A stretch of DNA of 60,969 nucleotides, filler included, from Sphacelaria rigidula (GCA_964200075.2; 9 parts of 9 records of this genome joined end to end with filler, not necessarily neighbours in it); one strand, 5' to 3'; shown: positions 13,351 to 25,217, numbered from the whole stretch's first letter. The notes: generated by a model from the sequence alone, not told the origin. Translations and numbers: made by a program.

Positions 13351-13744
13351 AGGGGCGTTCGCGGCGGTAGTAATGGTGCGATATCCAAACGCACGGTGCG
13401 CACACTCGGCACGTTCAACACTGTAAGATCCAGTACGCTGCAGACTGCACAGCAAAAATATGAGGCGTAATANNNNNNNNNNNNNNNNNNNNNNNNNNNN
13501 NNNNNNNNNNNNNNNNTTAATTAATTAANNNNNNNNNNNNNNNNNNNNNNNNNNNNNNNNNNNNNNNNNNNNCCTGCACCTGAAAATAGATTGGATGAAA
13601 CTTTCGGTCTTCCTCCTAACCCTGCGGTTACATACGCGGATTTTCAGTAACATGCAACTGTTTCGTGCAGACGTCAGACACGTTATTCCTGACCAGCCTC
13701 ATTGGTCGTTCTGGGGGCCCGGTCCCAAAGGGGTTGGTTTGTTT

Positions 13745-13895
13745 TACAACGAGCAATGACTCGAGTGCTCGCCCTATTAGTTTGTTTCCACGACAAGCAA
13801 TGACTCGAGTGCTCGCCCTATTCATTTCTTCCACAACGAGCAATGACTCGAGTGCGAGTACCACGAGTCACACTCGTGCTCGTCCGACGTATGAA
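13745..13895. repeat. 43-44-bp tandem repeat (~2.5 units), related sequence inverted at 32350-32470
   Basis: GCAATGACTCGAGTGC at 13753, 13797 and 13840. Confidence 0.8.
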
Positions 13896-14094
13896 TGATG
13901 AATCATCCAAGTCCGAGATTACCTGGGTTCCCATCCGTCCACCGGACCGTCTTGATGGCAATTCAGCTTCAGGGCTGAGTTTGAAGCGACGGCAAGGTGG
14001 AGTGCACTCGAAAGCCCCGTACGAAACTAGAAATATCGAAGAGCAAGGTGAAGGTTCCTACCTGTTTCTTGGGGAGGAAAACTTATCTATCCAT

Positions 14095-14315
14095 ATATTC
14101 CGAATGAAGATGGTGTTGACCCTCTTCCCGCCAGGGTTGGTCATATCGCTTCTTACAGTCGTATTCCAAGCGAAAATGGTGTTGACCGTGTGATCGCCAG
14201 GGTTGGCTATCTAGTTTCATGGTCATATTCCAAGGATATGGTATTGACCCCGTGATCGCCAGGATTGGTCATCTGTCTCTTCACGTCCCAAAACGAAAAC
14301 GATGTTGACCCTTCG
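14095..14315. repeat. ~65-bp tandem repeat (~3.3 units)
   Basis: Recurrent TATTCC..ATGGTRTTGACC..CGCCAGGRTTGG. Confidence 0.8.
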
Positions 14316-14918
14316 AAACAATACGCAACATGCATGTGAAGGGCTGATGAGTGCTGTATAGTCACTTTGTGTGTTGTAGTCCACGTTTTCCATACGGTGG
14401 TATCTATAGGAGTACCGTGTTGAGTACAACAAAACACATGCGATTTTACAAATCGAGGATGGTTTTGTTTTTGAGGATGAAGCTCAGGAACCTTTTCAAG
14501 CACCGAAATATATTCGAAATAATAGTGCAAATGCTCTCCCCGATCGTGATGTATGGCCTCGCTCATTCTCGAAAAAAATCCACCCGTATTTTCTAAAATC
14601 CAGTGGTCATACCTAACAATTTTGATCTCCGTTCAATCCCGTACAAAAATTTGTTCTTATTTTCCAGAATCCCGTATCAACACGGGATGTTACAAACTGG
14701 GGGATATTCTTTTTTCAGGATGAACGAGGGCACATACCACGGGCGGATAGTGCATTTGCGTTTTTCAATTTCTTGTTTTCGAGAATATTCCGATGTTTAT
14801 AAAGGTTCCCAACGCTCGTTCTAAAGAAAAAAACGCCCTTAATCAATAAAATCCCGTGTTGAAACACAAATTTACCGTTGCTGTGCTGTGTTGTTCTGTG
14901 CTGTGCCATGCGTGACAG

Positions 14919-15026
14919 ACCGGAGAAATATATGGCCGAGGAATTTGTCTTCGTAGTGACAGACTCAGCCGGAGAAAAGGCCTACGGATTTTGCAGACGA
15001 GTGCTCCCGCGTGGGCCTGGAGGAAG
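14919..15026 (+). CDS. Internal exon of a DENN-domain protein (uDENN motif, putative Rab GEF)
   Basis: Acceptor ...gtgacAG and donor AG|GTGAGT bound a 108-nt phase-2/phase-2 exon. It translates to PEKYMAEEFVFVVTDSAGEKAYGFCRRVLPRGPGG, matching the uDENN consensus F.FvLT...G.r.yGfCrr.lp. Confidence 0.85.
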
Positions 15027-15063
15027 GTGAGTTTGTTTGAGATATTCCTTCTACTAGTAATAT

Positions 15064-15250
15064 CGCTTTGGTGGCTCAGTTGGTACCCTCAAAACCTTCT
15101 GACGGTCGGGACGTGGGTTCGAATCCCGGCGGAGCCACACGATCTAGGAATTTTCTCACATCCTATACCGGGAAATATGGGTTGATCCCTCGAGACCACA
15201 GACTCATCCCGAGGGAGGGGAAGGGTTCAAAGTGCGAGGGAAAAAAAAAA
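15064..15250 (+). mobile_element. tRNA-derived SINE
   Basis: A box TGGCTCAGTTGG (15072), B box GGTTCGAATCC (15116), residual acceptor stem, disrupted anticodon arm, family tail and poly(A). Confidence 0.8.
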
Positions 15251-15516
15251 TCATGTCCAACAGTGGAGAGCGATTATATCGTGGGTACACAGAAGTCGAC
15301 TTCGCGGTCGACGAGTGAAAGAGACTGCTGGACCCTTCTCGGGATAAGAATATAAACGAAAGTACCGCAGAAGGAAGGTGCAGAGCTAGAGGACAATGAG
15401 AAAGGAAAAAGTCCTGTGTTGACCTTGCTTGTGTGTGACCCTGGCTGGTACGTGCACATATACTGAGAGGTGTAGACTGGCGTCCAGAATAGATGGGGTG
15501 ACAATACACACAACAC
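15251..15516 (+). mobile_element. 5'-truncated (CA)n-tailed retroposon
   Basis: Homologous to 5196-5415 and 21385-21623. Confidence 0.75.
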
Positions 15517-15842
15517 AGTCATGCGAAGACCACAGGTTACAGGTGATATGTCATTTCCCGCTGTCCTGGGCCATAAGCCATTTTCCAAGCAGCTCACAAG
15601 TAGGGAATCATGACGAGGAAATTGATGCGCATGACCACTGTACACAACAACCATATATATAGTGGACTATTGAGCCCTGCCTACAGTAGCCCGAGTGGTC
15701 GCCTACAGCACCGGAACTTATGAGATTGACAGTATTTTTTCTTCTTTTTTCTTCCTTTATTTTTTTAGCTCGTGTTTCTCTTTTTGTATCGCGTCTGGGT
15801 GGATTTTTCCGGGCCCGATTTTCTCGTTTTAAATTTCCTCAG

Positions 15843-16286
15843 GCCGCTCCTTATACCAAACGCAAACAGAGTCCTGTAAAAATGCCTTTTTGGTCCTTCT
15901 TCGTCGTTTTACGCCCTAGAAAGATCTAGGCGGAGTTTGACATCTTGGAATGACTCGCTCTACTCGTTTAAGCGGTTCCAGGACATCTTCGCGTTTTCCG
16001 GTGGCCGCAGTTTTTTTTTCGGTCCAAGTTGAATTTTTGTCCAAGAACGATCAAGAACGGTCAAAATAGGAAGAGGCCATTTTCCTCTGGACTTGACCGT
16101 CTCTGGACAAAAATTCAAGTGCGGCCACCGGAAAACGCGAAGATGTCCTGGATCCGCCTCAAGGAGTAGGGCAAATCATTCCAGGGTGCCAAACTTCGCC
16201 TAGCTCTCTTTTACGGCGTAAAACGACGAAGGAGGACCAGAAAAACATTTTTACACGACGTTTTTTCGTTCGCTATGACGAGCGGC
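15843..16286. mobile_element. ~440-bp foldback/MITE (imperfect palindrome)
   Basis: CCAGGACATCTTCGCGTTTTCCGGTGGCCGCA versus TGCGGCCACCGGAAAACGCGAAGATGTCCTGG. The arms extend out to GCCGCTC / GAGCGGC. Confidence 0.85.
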
Positions 16287-16863
16287 ATTATACTCTATAA
16301 CGGGTAGATGGTCTGTGACCACGGAAGGCGTCCCTATCAGATGTCGAGTACAGAGTACTGCGCAGATATCGGAACTGTTTTTTAATATGAAGACAGGAAG
16401 AACAAGAACGGCGATAACAACAACTCTGCACAAATGTACAGATCATTCAAGATATATCCAAAGAAGGACTAAAACACAACAGTGATTACTGTTGTCTCAA
16501 CCCTAGCGGTTGACTTGATTTATCCCATCATAAAAACAGATTGGCATGGGGCGTTTTTTGTTTGCTGCAAATTGGAAGACAATGTAGTGCTACGTGGGTC
16601 TATATATTATTTTTTCTAACCCGGATTGGTAATGTAATTCAACGACGCCTTCCGTCGAAGCTTTTTTTTTTCGAAAGGTGATAAATTACAAGAAAAAAAG
16701 CTGTGTCGCTGACCTTTTTTTGTGACCCGTCTCACCGTAGATGATGATTGAGGTTGGGATCTGTTCCGGGTAGAGTTTGAGGATCTTATCAGCTATTTCA
16801 CGTTTTTTAGTTTTTTCAATATTTTTTTCTGAGAAATCGTTTCGGCCGAAATTGGGTATCTTT

Positions 16864-18985
16864 CACACCCTGGACGATACAATATGTTTCCGATATATAT
16901 TAGTCGATCATATTGGAATTTTGCAATATATTGCCGGTTAAATATATATTGGTACCCGTAGACTGCACATATATTGCGCGCCCAATATAAATTGATGTCG
17001 TGGGACTGCATACATATTGCCCGCCCAATATATATATTGGTACTTTTGGGTTGACACACATTTTCCCATCAATATATATTGGGGCAGCGTGAGCGACAGC
17101 ATATTGCATGACCAATATATATTAGGCTCGCATTGATGAGAACATATTGATTGGTCAATATATATTGGGTCTGCGTGGGTGATGATGTATTGGCCGGTCA
17201 ATATATATATATATATATCTATATTGGATGTTATAAGTATGGTGTATGCTTTAAGAGACATCCAGACGATTGGGAAAAGCTTCGAAGGGATCCGCAGCAG
17301 TTTGCGTGCATTACTACGGAGAGTTGTGAAATGCGTTTGGCATATATTTATCACACCCTGGACAATACAATATATATTTTTAATATATATTAGTCGATCA
17401 TATCGGAATTTTGCGATATATTGCCGGCGTAATATATATTAGTTCCCTTGGACTGCACACGTATTGCGTGCTCAATATATATATTGATGTCTTGGGACTG
17501 CATACATATTGCTCGCTTAATATATATATATATATATTGGTACTGCGGGGTTGAACACATATTGTCCCCATCAATATATGTCGGGGTAGCGCGGGCGACA
17601 GCATATTGCACGACCAATATATATTGGAGTCGCGTTGTTGAGAACATTTTGACCGATCAACATATCCTGGGTCTACGTGGGTGCCAATGTATTGGCCGGT
17701 CAATATATATTGGATGTCACAAGTATGGTTTACGCTTTGAGAAAGATCCAGACGCGATGGGTGCCGGAGAACGTGCAGAATGGGAAAAGCTTCAAAGGGA
17801 GCCGCAGAACTTCGCGTGCATTACTCCGGAAAGTCGTCGAATGCGTTTGATGTACATGCATATGTATACTGGTCAGAAAATATGGTGACAGAAGAGGCGA
17901 CCCGGTATATATGCCTCCTGATACCTATCTGGACACCGGTGCGGGGCCGCCCATTCCTTTTCCAGCATGTAATATGAATATCTTGGCTCAACATCACGAC
18001 GACAGAAAACGCGGGTCGATATGCGCCTTTTGATATCCCTGCGGTCACCAGGGCTGTGTTGCTCATACCCTGGACAACATAATATGTTCCGATATGATAC
18101 CAATACTTTGTATTGGAGCCAGCGCAATTATTGTCCTTACAATATATATTGTGTTGAGATGTCCTCGGAGATATTGAAGCAACAACATATATTGCTCGTG
18201 TCATGATCATGAAGTAATGTATGTCGATATATATATATTGGACATGCATTTGCTCCGAGAATTAAACATTCAATATATATTATGCATGCCGGCCGGGTGT
18301 GTATTGAAGTGTCAATATATATTGAGTCGAGTCGATGCGTAGCATGTTGTTACCATAATATATATTGAACGCAAACCATGCAGAAGTATTGTTTTTCCAA
18401 TATATATTGCGCACGTTGATCGGATAGCTATTGTGCAGTCAATATATATTGAACACCCTTGCGGAGGAATACATTGAGCACTTTCGGCATGCGAAATACG
18501 TCTTTGAATGGCGCCCGCGAACGAAGAACTGTCCACCATACTAATTCCAATACACTTTCCAATATATATGTTGAAAATCAATATATGCTTCTACACCAAC
18601 ATGTATTGTGACCGTCGGTTCCCTCGTGTATTGTCCGCCCAATATATATTGTACGCATTGACGCACGACATATTGGGGCGGCAATATATATTGGCGCTTC
18701 GGGGGTCGAGTATATTGAATCGTCAATATATATTGACCTCGTGTGGCAGCCAATATATTACTCGACAAATATATATTGGTGCCTTGTCGCACCAACATAT
18801 TACTAGGCCGATATGTTTTGAGGTGGCGCGTATCGTGATATATTGTTCGGTCGATATATATTGCATGTTGCGAACCTTGACATATTGATGGCACAATATA
18901 TATTGACCCTCTCTCGTGTCATCATATTGATCGCCCAATATATATTGACCACCCGACGCGTCGATATATTGAGCGGGCAATACAG
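16864..18985. repeat. Phased 42-43-bp array CATATTG-N6-CAATATATATTG-N~17, including a ~488-bp higher-order duplication
   Basis: Core starts at 18640, 18682, 18724, 18767, 18809, 18852, 18894, 18936, 18978 and at 16940, 16983, 17026, 17070, 17113, 17156, 17199. Confidence 0.9.
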
Positions 18986-19021
18986 GCTGGTTCACGCATA
19001 CCACCCAAAAAACACTCATCG

Positions 19022-19312
19022 GCAAAACTTTACGCCGTTTTAAGGAGTTGGACCCTGAAATTTTGTACGAATGTTCTATGAGTCATTACAAAACTTTGCA
19101 TGAATGGAGTTATTTTTTATTTTTTGACTTCTTCACCGTTTTTCGGGGGTCCCCGTTTTTTTGGGGAAACCTTGACCCAATCGGACCCCCGTAAAACGGT
19201 AACAAGAAACAAAATCGAAAAAAAACATTCCTGCAAAGTTGCGTGATGTCCCATAGAACATTCGTACAAAATTTCAGGGTCTAACTCCTTGAAACGGCGT
19301 GAAGTTTTTGGC
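19022..19312. repeat. ~290-bp palindrome, with a degenerate extra right arm at 19560-19705
   Basis: GACCCTGAAATTTTGTACGAATGTTCTATG versus CATAGAACATTCGTACAAAATTTCAGGGTC. Confidence 0.85.
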
Positions 19313-20837
19313 CTTCGTGCGATGAAGTTTGCCGTACCGCGGTGAAACCATAAACTACTTGATTTTAGTACCATAACGGCGTTTTCGGGCCTTCTTTGAC
19401 GTGAACCTGGAAAGTCAAGAATCAGGTGATCGGGTTTTGCGACGAAAATTTGTGGAGCTCATCCTTGGGTTATGCGGAGACAGATAGTTTGCGAAAACAT
19501 GGAAAAAAAAATCGTAGTGCCGTTTTTCTAGGGTCCCAAAATGGAGAAAACTTCGAAAAACGACTTCAATCCCGTCGGACCCCCGAAAAACGGTAAAAAA
19601 CTCAAGAAGTACAAAAAACGTCGTTCGTAGAAAGTTGCGTAATGATGCACGCATCTTTATGCGAAGTTTCAGCATCTAACTCCTCATAAAAGCGTCAAAG
19701 TTTGCGCGGTTGTGGACGACGTGGGCTTGAAACGTGCAACTTCTAACTACTTGGCTTTAGCATGGAAATGTCTTATGGGGTGAATTTGACGTCAAGGCAA
19801 GAAAAACTGCGTAAGGCTTTCGAGTTTCTCCACCAAACTTTGTACATGTGTTCCTTGGACGCTCTCAGGACGCATCATTTCATCATTTTTCTTTGAGGGC
19901 ATTCTGTACCGCCTTCCGGGGGTCTTCATGTTGGGACCCGCGGAAGCCGCTTGAGAACGGAGAAAACATGATATATTGCCAAGAATACAATGTTTTCATT
20001 TTGAGCATCAATACCTACGGAACTGCCGAGTTTGAGGGCGATCTGAGCTTTTCTACAACAGATATAGGGGAAACCGCCACGAGGCTCCCTGGGTCTTTCG
20101 TGCGTATCATACGTGGGAATTAGATGACGCCAACACCCGACATCACCGAAACATCACGGTTTCGGGTATAATTCGACCCCCGTAGTAACCGTTTAAAGAA
20201 TATGATTTTCTCGTTAGATTCCCGTGTCGATGACGGTTACTACGATCTAAAGCATGTANNNNNNNNNNNNNNNNNNNNNNNNNNNNNNNNNNNNNNNNNN
20301 NNTTAATTAATTAANNNNNNNNNNNNNNNNNNNNNNNNNNNNNNNNNNNNNNNNNNNNGGTTTTAGTGTGGGGGTTCACTAGTATACTGTTTTTAGTACG
20401 CGGGGCGCGTCATGGGTCGTTGAGTAGAGGGGGGGGGGCTAGGTTTGGGGTCAGGGATAATTCTTGTGTTTTTCCTCTTGTTTTTGTCAGTGCCCCGCCC
20501 TGGAGGGGGGCAAAATACCTGCAAAATACGGCCTTTTTCAGGCCGACTGGTTTTTCCTCGGCCGCTCATGCACGCGGGGTGGTTAAAAAAACGGACTTCA
20601 ACAAAAAAAACTCCAAAGATTTCAAAAAAATGGTCGCCGGCGGCATCGGACACCGCTAAAGGTCTGTGTAAACATAAGGACCTTTACTTATGGCACAGAG
20701 GAAGTGTATGAAGTCGATATAGCTGAGCGGAACAATCATACACTAACTGCAATGCTTTTAGATCAAAGAAAACGGTTCATCAAGTCAGTGTCAACAGTAC
20801 CAAATAATACCACTGCAATCCTGCCTTCCCCACTCTA

Positions 20838-21292
20838 AGTTCAAGTAACTTGCCTCATCAACCAGATATCAAGTGTTTGATCAGGTGGCTTGGTTCACCG
20901 GTGCTCGGCTCGAGAAACTTGCCTCCCTGACTCTGAGGTCAAGTGACTTACCTGAGTTCGTGTAACAGGAAGTGATTTGGTTAACTTACGCTCAGTTCAA
21001 GTAAATGTTCTCAGCTAATCCAACATGAAGTGATGTGGTCTTCTCACCCTTGAGTTCACGTAACTTGCCTTCCCCGATCTAAGATCAAGCAACTCGTTTC
21101 GTATAACTTGCCTCAAGTGTCAAAGGCAAGGTCAAGTGACCTACCTGCCCAAGCTCTAATATGAAGTAATTTGTTTAAGCTTTACATAGTTCAAGTTACT
21201 TGCTTCGGTCGATATAAGCTCAAGTGATTTGGTTCACACACTCTAACTCCAAGTATCTTTCCTCCACCACTCCGTGATCAATGAACGTGCTT
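20838..21292. repeat. Phased 29-bp array with palindromic core CAAGTNACTTG
   Basis: Cores at 20882, 20911, 20940, 20969, 20998, 21027, 21057, 21086 and at 21133, 21163, 21192, 21221, 21250, 21279. Confidence 0.8.
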
Positions 21293-21384
21293 TAGTTATG
21301 ATTCAGTGTAACCTCACCCCCCCTCGAGCGCCGACACTGAAAACAGTCGTGTCGGGGTCTGGAGCTTTTTTTTCTACTGCTCAT

Positions 21385-21623
21385 TTGTCGTGGGTAATCT
21401 CGACTTGACGGTCGACGAGGGAAAGGGACCGCTGAACGCTTCTCGTGATAAAGCATATGACAAGCACCGGAGAAGGGAGGTGGAATGCTGAAATCAAATA
21501 AAAATATACAAGTCTTTTGTTGACCTTGATCCTGTGTGACCGGCTGATACGCCCACATATAACGAAAGGTGAGGACTGGCGTTCACAATAAATGGGATGA
21601 CCACACACACACACGCACGCACA
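21385..21623 (+). mobile_element. 5'-truncated (CA)n-tailed retroposon
   Basis: GGTCGACGAGGGAAAGGGAC..CCTGTGTGACCGGCTG..CACACACAC. Homologous to the copies at 5196 and 15251. Confidence 0.75.
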
Positions 21624-23050
21624 ACATGGACCCCTGGAAACTTGATGGACAAATGGTAAACACTGTAAAAAATAAAGTTGTAGTTTTTGTGCAGAAGTTG
21701 CCTACATACATTTCACAACTTTACATAAGATCACCACTGTAAATACGATACCGTCTCGACATTTAGAGAAATACATAACTGTTGCCGTCGAAAAACAGGG
21801 AGCGTACACGTGTACTCGAAGGTGTTGCAATCCGAACATCATTTCACGGTCAGACCTCTTTGAAGGCTATTGAACTGTTGGCATCATTCCGCTATCTCGG
21901 CACTGAGCCCGGCAAGTGCGCCGAATCCAAGCTTAAAGCCTCAAAACGTTCGGCGGCCCCTTGAACCGAGTTCGGCGGCAAACCACCGATCAACGAAGCA
22001 TTTCCTGGCGCTGCGCGGCGACATGGCTTGAAAGTCGGCGCTCGGCCGCAGCGCTGCACCTCGTTTCATTCAGGCCCTGATGTAAGTTGTACTTTTGTTG
22101 TCGTCTTCACCCCATATAAGTTTACTCGTACAGACAGTAAGTAGGATGAAGAAATCACCGTCGGAGTTTCAGGAACTTCTGTCGGTTTGATTTTCTTCCG
22201 ACTTCTGTAAAACAAATTACCGAAATGTCCCTCTTCCAAAAGTACGTATAACGAAACACGTGAAGCCGGTCAAATGAGATAATAGGTGATTTTGGTAGCC
22301 AAATAGAATTTCATCAACACATTATAAAACCATTCGGTTGCCACCTGAAACTACAGAATCAGATTTGCTGGGTACTCTGCAGTTGTGGCGGAGGCAGACT
22401 GAAGGAAAGCCGACAAACTGAAGATGTACCACGACATAATTAAATAAACTAAATTAGCGGACGAACGCCCACAGCACAAGCCAGACCTCCAACACAGACG
22501 GGGATATCTCAACGTGAATTGGATTATGGCCGAGCGTTCGAACTCGGCACCCGCGCAAAAGTGGGGACCTGATCAAAATCAGGCGAGAGGACTAAAACTT
22601 TAGACGTGTTCGATTCGCCACGCCCCCTCCAATCTACCAAAGCTGTCACTGTACTGTGGGCGTGACCATTGCGAACACGGTTTGGATTGCCTGAGAGCTG
22701 CGATATTATCTTCCCCTTGTCCAAAAACTTTAATCGCCCTCTCATCTCAATTCATACACATCCCAACCGATCCATTTTTACTCATCTTCTGTTGTTGTGT
22801 TCGTCTCTGTAGAAGATAAGGTCAGCCGGCACGCAGTGCCGTCTGCACACTGTCGAAAACTTCATGGTGTGTTAGCTGTTTTGTTTCCGTAAAGCGAACA
22901 GGGCGCTGCCCGCTGCTGCGCACTCTGTGTGGCTGGTGCTGTGCGTCGAGGCAACGTAATACTGTATTTTATCGCACTGCATTCGAACATGTGAGTGCCG
23001 GCATGAGTGCTCGTGAGATTACACCGCACGAACGATAGGCTTCAGACCAT

Positions 23051-24274
23051 GGGCTGGACCAGCTGACAGTGATTTTTTACTCAATCCTGGCGATGCGATT
23101 GGTTTTTCGAAGAGTTGGGCGCTGAAATTTTGACATGACATCTTCATCATCAACCCGCGCAATATTATTGGGGGTGCAGGGGAAAGAAAAAGACAGGACG
23201 TTCGGGTGAGTTGAAGTTTCGGCATAGACAGGAAAAATGCTGTAACTCCGTGAAAAACTAACGAATACGGCTGCACCTCCGATAATGTTGTGGGCACTCG
23301 CGTCCAGGACATACTGGTGAAGTTTCGGCCAGAAATACCTCAAATTGGGCGTCGCATTCTATTTTTCGTGTGACACGACTGCGCCCTGCTGGTCAAAGTG
23401 ATACAACAGTCTTCAATTACACATGTCACGAGTTCAAACCCCGACACGACATTTTACTTTTATGCATGATCTAATCGTGCATAATTTTTCATACCTCCGG
23501 GTTGCAAAGGGTCTCGATATTTTGGTGACAGTCTTGCTTCTAGGGGGGAGGGGGGGGGGGGGGGTACGGCGCAGTTTCAAGTAGTACTTCTCCCTCGTAC
23601 GGTGATATACGACAGTCGACTCGGAGATCCTCTCCCACGATGACGCTGTTGACGGGCTACATGCAATCTTGCAGCACTACGAGCTGGGCCAGCAGTAAAT
23701 CCCACATTTGCATGTCACGCCATACCTTATCAAGTTTACCAAATCGGCCCGGTTTGAGTATATCGGTATGACCTGCAGACAAGCTTGGTAACGCATGGCA
23801 CCGCCGCTGAACGGAGAAAAAGTTGAAAATAAATGTACTGCATAACGTATGACCTTACCGACGGAATGAAAACAAAAGGAATCCGTCGGGATTCGAACTC
23901 GTGACCTCCATAATTGTTTCCTACATCACGTGGATAAAAGGGGCGAATCGGTGTCACACAAAACGTGACCTGCTGCGCCCAATTTGAGGTGTTTTTGGCC
24001 GAAATTGCACCAGGATCTCCTGCACGTATACGCACAAGAACACGGGGGATGCCGACGCATTTCTTCATTTTCATGGATTGAAGCATTTTTCCAGTTTTTG
24101 CAGAAACTTCAAATTGCTGTAACTTTCTGTGTCTTCTTCTTTTCGTTGCATTCCCTGTAATGTTGTGCGTATTTATGATGAAAATATCGTGTCGAAATTT
24201 CCGCGCCCAACTTCTCGAATCACCCACAGCCGAGCCCGGAAACTTTTAAAAGTCACTGTCAGCTGGTCCAGCTC
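23051..24274. mobile_element. 1.2-kb non-autonomous element with ~400-bp diverged TIRs
   Basis: Termini G(G/A)GCTGGACCAGCTGACAGTGA are inverted. The arms align through CCTCAAATTGGGCG to GTCACGAGTTC(A/G)AA. Its interior 23682-23812 matches 54039-54170. Confidence 0.85.
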
Positions 24275-24597
24275 GTAACAGTCAGTGTGCTTTTGCCTGC
24301 GCAACTCTCAATCGCAATCCCACTGCAGTTGGTGAAACGAAACGTCTTCTGACACGCTGTCACGCAACGAGATGAGACGTACCCGGTACTCAATGCAGTA
24401 CAAAAACATCATGGCCAATACCCCGCTTGTCGACCAGCGGCGGTGCCGTGTGTTAGCAAGTTGTTGTGCAGTTCACGGCGATATAATCAAGTCGCGTTGA
24501 TTTGGGAAACTTGAGAAGTTGTGGTGTGGAAAACGAATGCGGGATTTACTGCTGGCCCAGCTCGTTCTCTCCTCGTGATTCCCGAGTGAAATAGAGC

Positions 24598-24695
24598 GAT
24601 CTGATTGGTAGTTACCAAGTAAATTCTGTCCCACCGCATTTCAGTCTGCCGAAAAGACAGCACAATTTTTACTTGGTGACTCCCAATCAGATTCC
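24598..24695. repeat. Short inverted repeat/hairpin
   Basis: ATCTGATTGGTAGTTACCAAGTAAA versus TTTACTTGGTGACTCCCAATCAGAT. Confidence 0.65.
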
Positions 24696-25217
24696 TCCAC
24701 TTTACTTTGGAAGAACGTAGACAATAGTCTATAACCCGGTGTTCATGCGGTCTAACCTCGAAAGCCAATCACTCACAAGCCCATCACGCTCACACTTGTA
24801 TGTTTCAACACAATACAGGCAGTACAGTCAATGCCCCCAACGCATAGCATCAGCTAAACATAGTGAGTGCCGCAGCAGCGGACAGCGCCTTGTTCGTTTT
24901 ACGGAAGACGAAACAGCCAACACACCCTAAAATTTTCAACAGCTAGTGTGTGGAAGACAGCACTGCGTGCCGACCAATATTTTTCTCTACAGAGACGAAC
25001 ACAACAGCAATATCGCAGCTCAGGCAATCCCACCGGAGACCAAACCGCCCTCGTAGTGTCTGAACACACCACAGTACAGTGAAGCAGGACACGTCTCATT
25101 TTAGAAATAGTCCTTCGCCTGATTTTGAACAGGTCCTGAATTTTGGCCGGGTGCCGATTCTAAACGCTCGGCCATAATCACTCTTCGCCTTCAAATCTTC
25201 AACCCTCAGACAGCAGG

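Noticed and set aside
14343..14352. CTGATGA hammerhead core
   Set aside because: No suitably placed downstream GAAA or supporting stems.
15064..15140. tRNA gene
   Set aside because: A and B boxes are present, but the anticodon arm does not pair and it runs into a multi-copy SINE tail with poly(A).
16864..18985. CRISPR array
   Set aside because: The constant part is split into 7- and 12-bp motifs, spacers are 6 and ~17 nt, units are degenerate, there is no cas gene, and the context is eukaryotic.
21850..22082. GC-rich candidate exon ending at a GTAAGT donor
   Set aside because: All three frames from the candidate acceptor contain stops, and there is no recognisable motif.
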